This document shows, in pieces, positions 16,360 through 25,235 of a stretch of 64,000 nt of DNA. The stretch comes from Minisyncoccota bacterium (GTDB lineage Bacteria > Patescibacteriota > Minisyncoccia > Phycocordibacterales > UBA6065). Below the pieces are notes generated by a model. The model searched no databases. It was not told the DNA's origin and worked only from the letters and a program-made list of their open reading frames with translations. Positions within the stretch are counted from its first letter, which is position 1. Each line of letters starts with the position of its first letter. Position numbers and translations under genes: made by a program. The stretch covers positions 252,265 to 316,264 of the forward strand of contig DASZXC010000008.1 of NCBI GenBank assembly GCA_035546035.1, in the 5' to 3' direction.

Positions 16360-16892
16360 AGCTTGCCGTCAGAGACGTGAAGGCGCATTGATTTTCCTAC
16401 GGAAGGAGATATGGTCATCGGCTCATCAGGCTTGCGATCAGAATAATTTACGATGACGATGCCGTCGCGGATCTGGGTGGTCTGGGGCGCGATGCGGTCG
16501 CCGAGGAATACCGCATTAGTGCCGCGATAGCCGCTTTCGGATCCCAAAGCGACGGCGGCGTAATAGAACATGCCGCTTCCGCTTGAATCGCTCGTCAGGA
16601 TGAATGCGATATCGGCGCGGCCGTCCCCGTTCAGATCGCCCTTGGCGTCATTGCCGAAATAGCGGACAGTGGTCTTGGTCGCTGAACCGGGAGACGTCTC
16701 GACCGTCGCGAGGCCGTTTGCGAGCTTCACCAAAGCGCCTTCGACGATATAGGAAGCGTTTTGGGCGTCAGAGGACGCTTTTGCGCGGCCTACGAGCTTT
16801 ACGATCCATAAAGAAACGAGCACGACGGCTACGATCGCGAGGACGATCCATGCCGTCTTTATCCAATTTTTGACGAAGCTCTTCCTCATCAA
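16344..16892 (-). CDS. Membrane-anchored secreted hypothetical protein
   Basis: N-terminal TM (AWIVLAIVAVVLVSLWIV); extended -10 TGcTATAAT 6 nt upstream of ATG, so probably a leaderless transcript. Confidence 0.5.
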   Translation of the reverse strand: MMRKSFVKNWIKTAWIVLAIVAVVLVSLWIVKLVGRAKASSDAQNASYIVEGALVKLANGLATVETSPGSATKTTVRYFGNDAKGDLNGDGRADIAFILTSDSSGSGMFYYAAVALGSESGYRGTNAVFLGDRIAPQTTQIRDGIVIVNYSDRKPDEPMTISPSVGKSMRLHVSDGKLLETK

Positions 16893-16928
16893 CCGATTAT
16901 AGCAGAAGAGGGCGAGAAATTTGTCCGC

Positions 16929-17405
16929 CTATGCTTCGTCGTACGTCCTCTGGAGCGCGGCGATGTCCAATTTCGCCATGCCGAGCATCGCTTTCATCAT
17001 GGCGTCGTTCTTTTTCTCGTTGCCCTTGGACATCAATTCTTCCATCATGGCCGGGACGACCTGCCACGAGAGGCCGTATCTGTCTTTGAGCCAGCCGCAC
17101 TGGCTTTCGGCGCCGCCTTTGACCAGGGAGTCCCAATAATAGTCCACGTCAGCCTGATCTTTGCAGTCTATGACGAACGAAATAGCCTCATTCATTTTGA
17201 ATACCGGCCCGCCGTTCAGCCCCATGAATCTCTGGCCATTCAATTCGAATGTGACGGTGACGACCGAGCCTGGCTTGCCGGGACCGATGTCGGTATAGCG
17301 GGCGATGTCGAGGATCTTGGAGTTCTCTTTAAATATGGAGACATAGAAATTGGCCGCTTCTTCAGCCTGGTTATCGAACCACAGACACGGATAGATTTTC
17401 TGCAT
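16929..17405 (-). CDS. VOC-family protein (PhnB-like / 3-demethylubiquinone-9 methyltransferase domain fold)
   Basis: N-terminal MQKIYPCLWFDNQAEEAANFYVSIF signature of PhnB-like glyoxalase-fold proteins. Confidence 0.75.
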   Translation of the reverse strand: MQKIYPCLWFDNQAEEAANFYVSIFKENSKILDIARYTDIGPGKPGSVVTVTFELNGQRFMGLNGGPVFKMNEAISFVIDCKDQADVDYYWDSLVKGGAESQCGWLKDRYGLSWQVVPAMMEELMSKGNEKKNDAMMKAMLGMAKLDIAALQRTYDEA

Positions 17406-17799
17406 ATGTTTTGAAGTTATCGAGTATGGCCTGCCAGCCCGCGCGCTGGAAATCGGCAGGGTGGACGTTCTCGGGATCGAACGTCTCGATGACGCGGACG
17501 CCGTCTGCCGTCGACTCGAACGATAGCGACACGGCGCGTCCGTCGTCTATGGTGTAGGCGATGGCCTTCTCCGTTTCGACGACGCTGTATATGCCGCCGA
17601 AATCGAACGATGCCGATCCGTCCTTGGCCGCCATGGTCGTGACGAACCTGCCGCCGACGCGCAGGTCGTTCGTCGCGGCAGGGCACATCCAGTCCTTCGA
17701 CGCGAATGCCCAGTTCTTGATGTGTTCAGGCTTGTTCCAAGCGTCCCACACGGTCTTTGGATCGGCTTTGACGATCGTTTGTACGGTTATTTTTTCCAT
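17371..17799 (-). CDS. SRPBCC-family protein (AHSA1 / activator of Hsp90 ATPase-like)
   Basis: MEKITVQTIVKADPKTVWDAWNKPEHIKNW typical AHSA1-domain N-terminus. Confidence 0.7.
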   Translation of the reverse strand: MEKITVQTIVKADPKTVWDAWNKPEHIKNWAFASKDWMCPAATNDLRVGGRFVTTMAAKDGSASFDFGGIYSVVETEKAIAYTIDDGRAVSLSFESTADGVRVIETFDPENVHPADFQRAGWQAILDNFKTYAENLSVSVVR

Positions 17800-18337
17800 A
17801 TGCGTCTATAGTATCACGGACGAAGTCCTTGATGTCGCCGGCACGCTCGCGAATGATGATAGAGAGCCATGCAGTATATCTTTCCGGGTCATTCGAGACG
17901 TCGCGGACGAGGTCGTCCAAGCCTATCCACCGATAATCGGACGCTTCTTCAGGATGAAGGCGGGGAGCGTCGTCCGAGACGCCGAAAAAGACATGGTCGA
18001 ATTCGTGTTCGGTAAGGCCACGGTCGAGCCTTACCTTATATACGAATGAAAACGCTTCTTGGAGGCGGCAATCTATGCCCATCTCTTCCCGAAGGCGCCG
18101 ATGGATGGCGGTTTCGATATCCTCGTCCTGACGCGGATGGCTGCAGCACGTATTCGTCCAAAGCCCGCCGGAATGATATTTGGCCGGGTGCCGTTTCTGT
18201 AGCAGGATATCGCCCTTGGAGTTGAATACGAATATCGAAAACGCTTCGTGAAGGCTGCCGATCTGGTGCGCTCGCAGTTTTCCGATGCCGCCGATCCTCG
18301 CGCCCGTGCCGTCTACGAGGTTGATAGTCTCTTCCAC
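17726..18337 (-). CDS. idi: Isopentenyl-diphosphate delta-isomerase, type 1 (NUDIX fold)
   Basis: HEAFSIFVFNSKGDILLQKR, WTNTCCSHP and EHEFDHVFFG motifs; 3-prime end overlaps next gene by 74 nt. Confidence 0.8.
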   Translation of the reverse strand: MEETINLVDGTGARIGGIGKLRAHQIGSLHEAFSIFVFNSKGDILLQKRHPAKYHSGGLWTNTCCSHPRQDEDIETAIHRRLREEMGIDCRLQEAFSFVYKVRLDRGLTEHEFDHVFFGVSDDAPRLHPEEASDYRWIGLDDLVRDVSNDPERYTAWLSIIIRERAGDIKDFVRDTIDAYGKNNRTNDRQSRSKDRVGRLEQA

Positions 18338-18338
18338 G

Positions 18339-18722
18339 CTATATGCTCCTCATCATCCTCATCGGGTCCGGATGGGTCTTCGATACGGCGACCAGCGCGA
18401 TGACAATGATGCCCGAAACGAGGTGCGGCATCCATGCGTTCATCGGTCCGGTCGAGAATCCGAATATCCAGGGCGATGCGGCTAGGACTACCGCCGCTAT
18501 GAAATCGAAGAGCAAGTGGACGGGCATCGGGATGATCTTTGCGACGCTCCATTCATAGTTCGTGAGGAGCGAATATATGATGAGGCCGACGCCGAGCGTT
18601 CGCGGGATCACGACCGCCGGGCCTCCCATGCCGGAGAACATGAATATGTTAGGGGCGAGGATAAGGGCGATGCCTGCCACGTAATCGAGGATACCGTGGA
18701 ACCAAGTGGGGACGAATTTCAT
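18339..18722 (-). CDS. SPW-repeat membrane protein
   Basis: Four TM helices with SPW motif (LAASPWIFGF). Confidence 0.6.
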   Translation of the reverse strand: MKFVPTWFHGILDYVAGIALILAPNIFMFSGMGGPAVVIPRTLGVGLIIYSLLTNYEWSVAKIIPMPVHLLFDFIAAVVLAASPWIFGFSTGPMNAWMPHLVSGIIVIALVAVSKTHPDPMRMMRSI

Positions 18723-18817
18723 TGATATAAAATCGATGCTTATAAGGGCCGGAGGGCCGAGATAAGTGTAGGGAAGGTGGGGTAAAGAAAGGGTGAAGAA
18801 GTCGTAAAATCTTCCTC

Positions 18818-19051
18818 CTACTTGATCATGTGCCTGTATTCTCGCGCGAATTTTCTTACCAGCCTTATTTTATACCACTGCCAGGGAGTAAGATGCCGTC
18901 GCCAGTGTCGTGAGAGATATTCTGCCTGATTGCAAGAGGCGCAGGCGTAGATGAACATCGATTCCGGTTCGTACTGGAGATGATATTTTACTTTCTTATT
19001 ATTGTCGCTGTAAGGGCGACGGCAAATCGGGCAGATTTCTATATCGCTCAT
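18818..19051 (-). CDS. Small zinc-ribbon protein, hypothetical
   Basis: Two CxxC pairs (CPIC...CASC); lower-GC segment next to tRNA-Gln. Confidence 0.4.
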   Translation of the reverse strand: MSDIEICPICRRPYSDNNKKVKYHLQYEPESMFIYACASCNQAEYLSRHWRRHLTPWQWYKIRLVRKFAREYRHMIK

Positions 19052-19082
19052 AGGCGTATTTTAACAAAATCTATTTTTCGTG

Positions 19083-19153
19083 TTGCCGGACTTGGAATCG
19101 AACCAAAATTTTCGCTTTCAGAGAGCGACGTCCTGCCTTTAGACGATCCGGCA
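19083..19153 (-). tRNA. tRNA-Gln (anticodon CTG), U1:A72 first pair
   Basis: Reverse complement TGCCGGA-TC-GTCT-AAAGGCA-GGAC-G-TCGCT-CTCTGAA-AGCGA-AAAT-TTTGG-TTCGATT-CCAAG-TCCGGCA-A; 71 nt, no CCA. Confidence 0.75.
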
Positions 19154-19271
19154 ATATTATTGCGGCCCGCGCCGCGATGCTTTAAGAAATTAGCATATTT
19201 CATGGAAAAAATGAAATAGGCGGCTCATCCGTAGTATCATAGGTAGGTCCGACTATTAGATTAAACATATT

Positions 19272-19490
19272 ATGTACCTATACTATCCTACGTTCGGCTT
19301 CTTCAACGTCCTTAATACCGTCTTCTGGATCATATTCGTTATATTCATCATCAAGCTCATTAAACGAGGCAGTAGGCCGTGGAATAACGTCTGGAGCGAT
19401 CGTTCTATGGATATCCTCCGCGAACGGTACGCTAAGGGCGAGATCAGCAAGGAAGAATTCGAGGCGCGAAAGAAAGACCTTCAGGGCTAG
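19272..19490 (+). CDS. SHOCT-domain membrane protein
   Basis: N-terminal TM plus C-terminal SHOCT motif ILRERYAKGEISKEEFEARKKDL. Confidence 0.65.
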   Translation: MYLYYPTFGFFNVLNTVFWIIFVIFIIKLIKRGSRPWNNVWSDRSMDILRERYAKGEISKEEFEARKKDLQG

Positions 19491-20005
19491 CGGTTCTCGA
19501 CGCTCTTTCGGAGCGATTGTATTTCGAGCGATAGGCTGACCCCGACGGCCGCGACGGCTGCCAGGAGCACGCCCGCATAGAACACGAGCCAGTTGAAATC
19601 AGATTCGACGTCAAAGCTCGCCGAAGCCTTGGCATCCGTCACCTGGGCATTCGAGACCCGCACCTCGATCGCGTGCCTCCCGGCCTTGGCTTTCTCCGGA
19701 ACGATGACGAAGTCAACGAACGACGCCTGGGTCTCGATCGCTTTGACGAACTCCGCATCGGCGATAGGCTTTCCGTCTTCGAGCACGCGGTACGATATCT
19801 GGAAATCGCGGCGCATGTCGTTTTCCGGGAACAGCGCCTCTATCTGGAAGTAAAGGCGCTCTCCGGCATGGACCGACGCATATTTTTCAGGGACATAGAC
19901 GGTGACCGACGCCGCGCGCGCCTTATCTGCGCCCAACGCCGCGCCGAAGACGGCGAATATCGCCGCGAGAAGAGCCGCCCTGATGATTGTCTTAGTCGTT
20001 TTCAT
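19487..20005 (-). CDS. Surface-operon gene 4: secreted protein with C-terminal TM anchor, hypothetical
   Basis: Signal peptide (MKTTKTIIRAALLAAIFAVFGAALGA), C-terminal helix; ATG 20005 chosen over TTG 20032; overlaps upstream gene stop by 14 nt. Confidence 0.45.
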   Translation of the reverse strand: MKTTKTIIRAALLAAIFAVFGAALGADKARAASVTVYVPEKYASVHAGERLYFQIEALFPENDMRRDFQISYRVLEDGKPIADAEFVKAIETQASFVDFVIVPEKAKAGRHAIEVRVSNAQVTDAKASASFDVESDFNWLVFYAGVLLAAVAAVGVSLSLEIQSLRKSVENR

Positions 20006-21002
20006 GCTTGATTCGGAAGACCATACTACCAATTACGGCTATAAGCGTTAGAGATGTTGCAAGGGCGAATCCATAGAGGATCATGAGCCGCGTCTCCCAG
20101 TGGAAGAGGTCGCGCTCGTCCGACGCGCTCGCGAGCACCCAGTAATTGTCGGCTTCAGGCCCCTGGCGAACGCCGGGAAGGACGATGTGGCGGTACGAGA
20201 ATACCCGTCCTTCTTCGGTGAAATTGCCCGCCGCCTCGTCTGAAAAGAGCCCTTTTACGACTGCTTCGGGGTAGAGCTCGGGAAGATACGACGACAGTTC
20301 CTTTCCGTTCTTCGATGCCAGGAATTTGCCGTCATGGTCGGCGAGGAATACCACTTCGTTTACGCGTTCGGCTCCGCGGATTTCGTCCAGGACGTATTTG
20401 AGGTCGAGCGTGAGCGCCAGGTATCCGTGCACGATGCCGTCGTATTCGACGGGAGCCATGATGTGGATGAAGGGCGTCCTGGTGCCGTCGGGGAACGTGT
20501 AGTCGAGGAGTCCCGATATCTGTATGTCGGTGCTGCTCGATGACCGCAGGTCGTCGAGGAGGTTCCTGAATTGCGGCTCTTCGTCTATGAACGATGCGAT
20601 AGAGTCGCTGGCCTCTGAATAGTCGTCGGCGACGAATCGGAAAGACTGGCCTTTGATAGGTTCGTAATAGACGTGGCAGTATTCGCGGTGAGAGGCGACG
20701 AAGGCTTTGAGGCGCTTTTCGAACGTAGCCTTGCTCACGGGCGATGCCGACGCATGGGCGGCGATGAGATCGGACATCCAGGCTACTTCGTCCCGCGCGT
20801 CTATGGCGAACCGTTCGAGCGACCGGGACAGGGAATCGAGCCTGTCTCCGGCGGTGTCGAGCGTCGCCGCGCGGGTCAGGCTGGCCGCCTGTTCGTACGC
20901 CAGGTACGCATGCAATGAAATAGAGCATGCGAGGACTATGAGGAGCGACAAAGCGATCCTTTTCGACGCATGGCTGTTAAAGATCCTTTTACCAGTTTTC
21001 AT
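19992..21002 (-). CDS. Surface-operon gene 3: bitopic membrane protein with large extracytoplasmic domain, hypothetical
   Basis: N- and C-terminal TM helices flanking about 270-aa domain; 14-nt overlap with upstream gene. Confidence 0.5.
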   Translation of the reverse strand: MKTGKRIFNSHASKRIALSLLIVLACSISLHAYLAYEQAASLTRAATLDTAGDRLDSLSRSLERFAIDARDEVAWMSDLIAAHASASPVSKATFEKRLKAFVASHREYCHVYYEPIKGQSFRFVADDYSEASDSIASFIDEEPQFRNLLDDLRSSSSTDIQISGLLDYTFPDGTRTPFIHIMAPVEYDGIVHGYLALTLDLKYVLDEIRGAERVNEVVFLADHDGKFLASKNGKELSSYLPELYPEAVVKGLFSDEAAGNFTEEGRVFSYRHIVLPGVRQGPEADNYWVLASASDERDLFHWETRLMILYGFALATSLTLIAVIGSMVFRIKHEND

Positions 21003-22188
21003 ACTTTTTCTTTTGATTTCTCCTCTTTACGGCCGCTAGTCCGTAATAGCGGTGGATGAACCAGGTAATAGCCGATATGATGGCCGCGATAAGCAGATAC
21101 CAGGGCAGTCTGCATCCGAACCACGCGAGAATGGCGACATGATCGACGAGCCATTCGAACGGCCACCAGAGGCCGCACATCATTCCCGTGCCGACGACGT
21201 TGAATCGCGCGTTCAGGGTCTCTCGCGAGCTCGTGCCGTACGTCACGTCGAGCGTGAGCCAGTACGATCCCGGTTCGAGGCCGAGCTCCGTCATGCGCTT
21301 GTTATAGACGATCTGGGTTTCGACGGACGTCGTTGCGGTCTCGGTGCGGCGGGTCGCGCCCGACTCGTCCTTGATGGAGAAGAGCATCGTCGCCGGAGTG
21401 CGGTCCGTGCCGAAATTGGTGAACGTGACGCGCGAGACGAGGTCGTCGCCGACGTCTATATGGTCGGGATCGATCGCGAGCGTGATGTCGAAGAGGAAGC
21501 GGGGAATAGATGCCGCCGTCGGTTCGCCGATCCCGCGCTTTGCCAGCACCGTCGCGGCCGCGAGCGCTTCAGGCGGAGCCGCCGTCGGAAGGATGATCGT
21601 CGTAGGCGCTGCGAGCACGCCTGATGACAGGCCCGGATTCGACGGATTATTCTGGGGAGCGTTTTGCAGGTTAGGGACGTCGCTTTTCGTGCCTGTTCCG
21701 CCGCCTCCGCCAGTCGGCGTTGTCGGTGGCGTCGCCGGAGGCGTAGCGGCAGGTTGCCAGTATGTTTTGACCTTGAAATCAGATGAGCCGCACGACGAAG
21801 TGTTGTCGCAGTTAAGGCTGATCTGCCCGGTAACGCTCGAATTTGCGTATCCGTGAAAGAATCCCTGCGAGTCTATCGTCGCGTTGGAAAAGTCTATGTA
21901 GCCGGAGCTCTCGCCCCAGGCATATCCCGACAGGTCCCCGTGAGCGTCGTTCGCGACATATGTCGACCCTGTCGGCGCGAGGCTTATCCAGCCCAGATTC
22001 TCGCTCCAGACATATCCGGTGAGCTTGGAATCCGTCACTTGGGCATTGCCCTCGTTCGTCCCGAAATTGAGCCAGCCCGCTTTTTCGCTCCATGCGTACG
22101 GATATGACGGATCTATTCCTCCGCCCGCGGCAAATGCGAATGCAGGGAAGAGAAGGGCTAGGAAGAGCGCGATGCGGAGAGTTTTCAT
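20989..22188 (-). CDS. Surface-operon gene 2: secreted protein with W-rich repeats, Pro/Thr linker and C-terminal TM
   Basis: Signal peptide; three repeats of form YAWSEKAGWLNFG / GYVWSENLGWISL / GYAWGESSGYIDF; PATPPATPPTTPTGGGGG linker; C-terminal hydrophobic anchor. Confidence 0.55.
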   Translation of the reverse strand: MKTLRIALFLALLFPAFAFAAGGGIDPSYPYAWSEKAGWLNFGTNEGNAQVTDSKLTGYVWSENLGWISLAPTGSTYVANDAHGDLSGYAWGESSGYIDFSNATIDSQGFFHGYANSSVTGQISLNCDNTSSCGSSDFKVKTYWQPAATPPATPPTTPTGGGGGTGTKSDVPNLQNAPQNNPSNPGLSSGVLAAPTTIILPTAAPPEALAAATVLAKRGIGEPTAASIPRFLFDITLAIDPDHIDVGDDLVSRVTFTNFGTDRTPATMLFSIKDESGATRRTETATTSVETQIVYNKRMTELGLEPGSYWLTLDVTYGTSSRETLNARFNVVGTGMMCGLWWPFEWLVDHVAILAWFGCRLPWYLLIAAIISAITWFIHRYYGLAAVKRRNQKKKYENW

Positions 22189-22189
22189 G

Positions 22190-25150
22190 TTATTGGACCA
22201 CGATGTAATTCCATTTATACGTTGCGGCGCCGCTGATGGTCACGCCAAGGCCGGTCACCGTAAAGCCTGTCGTGTTCGAGTTCACGTACAGGTTCAGGGC
22301 CGTAAGGCCGAGAGGGAGCTGTGCGGCGGCCGAGCTCGCCGGCGTAAGGACGACGAACGGCGCCGTGCCATAGGGCGTAGCGAATGTCAGCGTGACGAGC
22401 GCCCCCAATCCCAGGACGCCTCCTGAACCCAGCGTGAACGTGATCTCGCCCGCTGTGTCCGTGCCGCGCACCACGACGGAACCTCCGGAGCCAAGGGTGA
22501 GGGCCGCGCCTGCTGACGCGCTCGGCGTTCCGCCCTGGCCTTTGAGGTGGACGACCGATGCCGTGCCGCCGACGGAGAGCAGATCGTTCGGCGTGGACGA
22601 TCCTACGCCGACCTTGCCCGCGCTCGAGATAGTCATGGTCGAAGTGCCCGAGACGGTACTGCCATTCATGGCGTAATATGCCATCTGTCCGGCGAGGCCC
22701 GGAGAGACGACCGTCGATGACGCTAGGCCAAGCGACGACGTCGCGACCCATGCTGGCGATCCGCCGACGAGGGAGAGTATCGAACCGTTCGTCGTCGCGG
22801 AAAGTCTTGAAAGAGTCCCTGCGCCCGATGCATAGAGGATGTCGCCGACCGAATACGTCGTCTGTCCCGTGCCGCCGTGGCCCGCGTCTACGGCCGTACC
22901 GTTCCATATTCCCGCCGTTATGGTGCCCAGGGTCGTTATGGACGTCTGGCCGACATATGTCGGCGCGATATCCACTGACGGATTGCCCGATACGCCGTCG
23001 CCGTTCGTCAAGGTGATGCGGTTCGATGTGCCCTGGATCGTGCGCGCGGCATATGTGCCTGCGCCCGTGCGGACCAGCATTCCCGCCGTTCCTACGGCGC
23101 CGAGATTATCGAGGGCCGCGCCGTTGGCGACGCCGTATCCGGCGAGCGATGTCGGCGTTCCGGTAATTGATGACCACGTCGTCGAAGCATTAACGGTGAA
23201 AAGGGTCGAAGTCGCCACGGATACCCATGCCGATCCGTTCCAGGACAATATGTTTCCCGACGTTCCGCCCGCGGCATGGGCGATCGTTGACGAGCCGCTA
23301 ATGTACGACGCTACCTGGCTGTTGCTATAGAATTTATTATTCCCTTCGGTGATATCATCGGTGGTGATGCCGGTGAAATTGGCGTTCAGCGTGTTCCCCG
23401 ACCATGACAAGTGCGTGCCGGCCGTTATGCGCGCCGATGGGGATTGATAGAACGACGCCCATTCGGTCGTCGAAGCGACCAAAGGTATGGTGCGGCCCGA
23501 TGCGACCGATATGGTGTCGCCCGTGCGTGCGAGAGGGAATGAAAACAAGAGTGGCGATTCATACGTTCCTCCCGCGGCGAAAAGCGACGACGTCGCGACT
23601 GAAACCCATGCTGTGCCGTTCCAGGATAGGAGATTGCCCGAAGTCCCTCCCGCCGCGTGAGCTATTGTCGAAGAGCTGTTTATATATGTAGCGACTTGGC
23701 CGTTGCTGAAATATTTATTGGTGCCCTCGGGTATATCATCCGTCGTAATGCCTATGAAGCTTGCATTCAACGTGTTGCCGCTCCAAGACAGATGAGTTCC
23801 GGCGGTGATTCGTGATGACGGATTCTGAAGGAAGACATTCCATTCAGACGTTGAAGCCTGAAGCGGAATCGTATATCCCGCCGCAAGCGCGACAGAATTA
23901 GCTGAACGCGAAAGAGGAAACGAGAACGACAGAGGCAGTTCATAGTCAGTGCCCGATTGTGCCGCAGAGACGTTTCCCGATCCGTCGGCTTTGATGATCC
24001 CCGATACGGCGCCCAGATCCGCGCCGCCGCTATTCGATATATTAAGCGACGACGTCGCGACCCATGCAGGCGATCCGCTCACTATGGAAAGGATTTGGCC
24101 ATTCGAGCCTCCTGACGACAATCCGGTACCGCCGTGCGCGATGCCCAGAACCCCTGTCATGTGGCTTATGTCCAGAGCGCTTTCATCGACGGAGAACGTC
24201 GTCCCTGCGAGGTTCAATCCCGAACCCGCAGAATAAGCGATGCCTCCGCCCGTGACGCCGAGGGATGAAGTGGCGATCCATGTCGGCGCGCCCGCGACGA
24301 CAGACAGCACTTGGCCGTTCGATCCGACAGATGAAAGTCCGGTACCTCCATGCGCCGTCCCGAGGACGCCCGTCATATTGGCGATATTGAGAGCGCTTTC
24401 ATTTACCGAAAACGTCGTGCCGACGAGGCTCAGACCCGAACCTGCGGAATATACCGTGCCGCTGCTCGATACGCCCAGCGTCGTCGTCGAAACCCAGGTC
24501 GGCGCGCCGGATACGATTTTCAGGACCTCGCCTTCGTTTCCGTTTGGGAACGATGCGACTGTCGTCGGACCCGATGCATAGAGGAGCGCATTCGACGCGA
24601 ACGAAGTCTGTCCTGTGCCGCCTTTCGCGACGGGAAGGACTCCGCCTATGAGCGACAGGTCGAGCTGCGATTGATTGACCGAGAATACCGAGCCGACCAG
24701 CGTCAGTCCGGTTCCCGCGCTGTAAGTATTGGTCGTCGAGCCGGTCGTCGAAGCGAATGCCGTCGGATCGAGCCACATCGGTACGCCGCCCGATATGGTG
24801 AGCACCTGTCCGTCAGTGCCGACATGGAGCGCTGAAAGCGTATTGGCTGACGATGCGTAGATCACGTCGCCCGACGCATATGAATTGAGGCCGGTTCCGC
24901 CTTGGCCCGCAGAGAGAGGCGTCGTCAGGCCGGAAAGGGACGTAATATCGCCGTTCGCGGCCTTGGCGGCGTAATTGAATTGGACCGTGCAGTTGGTCGT
25001 GCTCGGAAGGCAATTCGGCGTCAGCGTTTCGGCCGGATTGTACGCGCTTCCCGGCGGAGCAGCGAGGGCGGCAAGCTGGCTTCCTCCGAACGAAGCGATT
25101 CCAAGCGCGAAAACATAAAGCCCCGCGCGCACGAATGTCCTGATTCTCAT
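22190..25150 (-). CDS. Surface-operon gene 1: 986-aa secreted repeat protein (tail-fibre-like GGTG repeats)
   Basis: Signal peptide MRIRTFVRAGLYVFALGIASFGGSQLAALA; more than 8 copies of about 45-aa repeat (...HGGTGLSS.GSNGQVLS.V.G.P.W..TSSLG...); two about 130-aa near-identical repeats (ELPLSFSFPLSRSAN... / ESPLLFSFPLARTGD...) also visible as DNA direct repeats 23340-24060. Confidence 0.7.
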   Translation of the reverse strand: MRIRTFVRAGLYVFALGIASFGGSQLAALAAPPGSAYNPAETLTPNCLPSTTNCTVQFNYAAKAANGDITSLSGLTTPLSAGQGGTGLNSYASGDVIYASSANTLSALHVGTDGQVLTISGGVPMWLDPTAFASTTGSTTNTYSAGTGLTLVGSVFSVNQSQLDLSLIGGVLPVAKGGTGQTSFASNALLYASGPTTVASFPNGNEGEVLKIVSGAPTWVSTTTLGVSSSGTVYSAGSGLSLVGTTFSVNESALNIANMTGVLGTAHGGTGLSSVGSNGQVLSVVAGAPTWIATSSLGVTGGGIAYSAGSGLNLAGTTFSVDESALDISHMTGVLGIAHGGTGLSSGGSNGQILSIVSGSPAWVATSSLNISNSGGADLGAVSGIIKADGSGNVSAAQSGTDYELPLSFSFPLSRSANSVALAAGYTIPLQASTSEWNVFLQNPSSRITAGTHLSWSGNTLNASFIGITTDDIPEGTNKYFSNGQVATYINSSSTIAHAAGGTSGNLLSWNGTAWVSVATSSLFAAGGTYESPLLFSFPLARTGDTISVASGRTIPLVASTTEWASFYQSPSARITAGTHLSWSGNTLNANFTGITTDDITEGNNKFYSNSQVASYISGSSTIAHAAGGTSGNILSWNGSAWVSVATSTLFTVNASTTWSSITGTPTSLAGYGVANGAALDNLGAVGTAGMLVRTGAGTYAARTIQGTSNRITLTNGDGVSGNPSVDIAPTYVGQTSITTLGTITAGIWNGTAVDAGHGGTGQTTYSVGDILYASGAGTLSRLSATTNGSILSLVGGSPAWVATSSLGLASSTVVSPGLAGQMAYYAMNGSTVSGTSTMTISSAGKVGVGSSTPNDLLSVGGTASVVHLKGQGGTPSASAGAALTLGSGGSVVVRGTDTAGEITFTLGSGGVLGLGALVTLTFATPYGTAPFVVLTPASSAAAQLPLGLTALNLYVNSNTTGFTVTGLGVTISGAATYKWNYIVVQ

Positions 25151-25219
25151 GCGATCAATTAATGCTAGGTATTACGAAAGCATTGTGCGTATGACGGCGT
25201 AAAGGAAAGATAAAGAAAG

Positions 25220-25235
25220 GGTCAAGAAAAAGTCA
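25220..25235 (-). promoter_or_regulatory. Shared 16-bp motif, site 1 (coding-strand TGACTTTTTCTTGACC) about 70 nt upstream of surface-protein operon
   Basis: Identical 16-mer GGTCAAGAAAAAGTCA also at 28859-28874; direct repeat TGAC-N7-TGAC (11-bp periodicity) typical of OmpR/PhoB-family binding sites. Confidence 0.45.

Noticed and set aside
22190-25150. Prophage or diversity-generating retroelement explanation for the tail-fibre-like repeat protein
   Set aside because: No reverse transcriptase, template/variable repeat pair, capsid, terminase or integrase genes in the window. Neighbours are secreted or membrane proteins in a translationally coupled operon.
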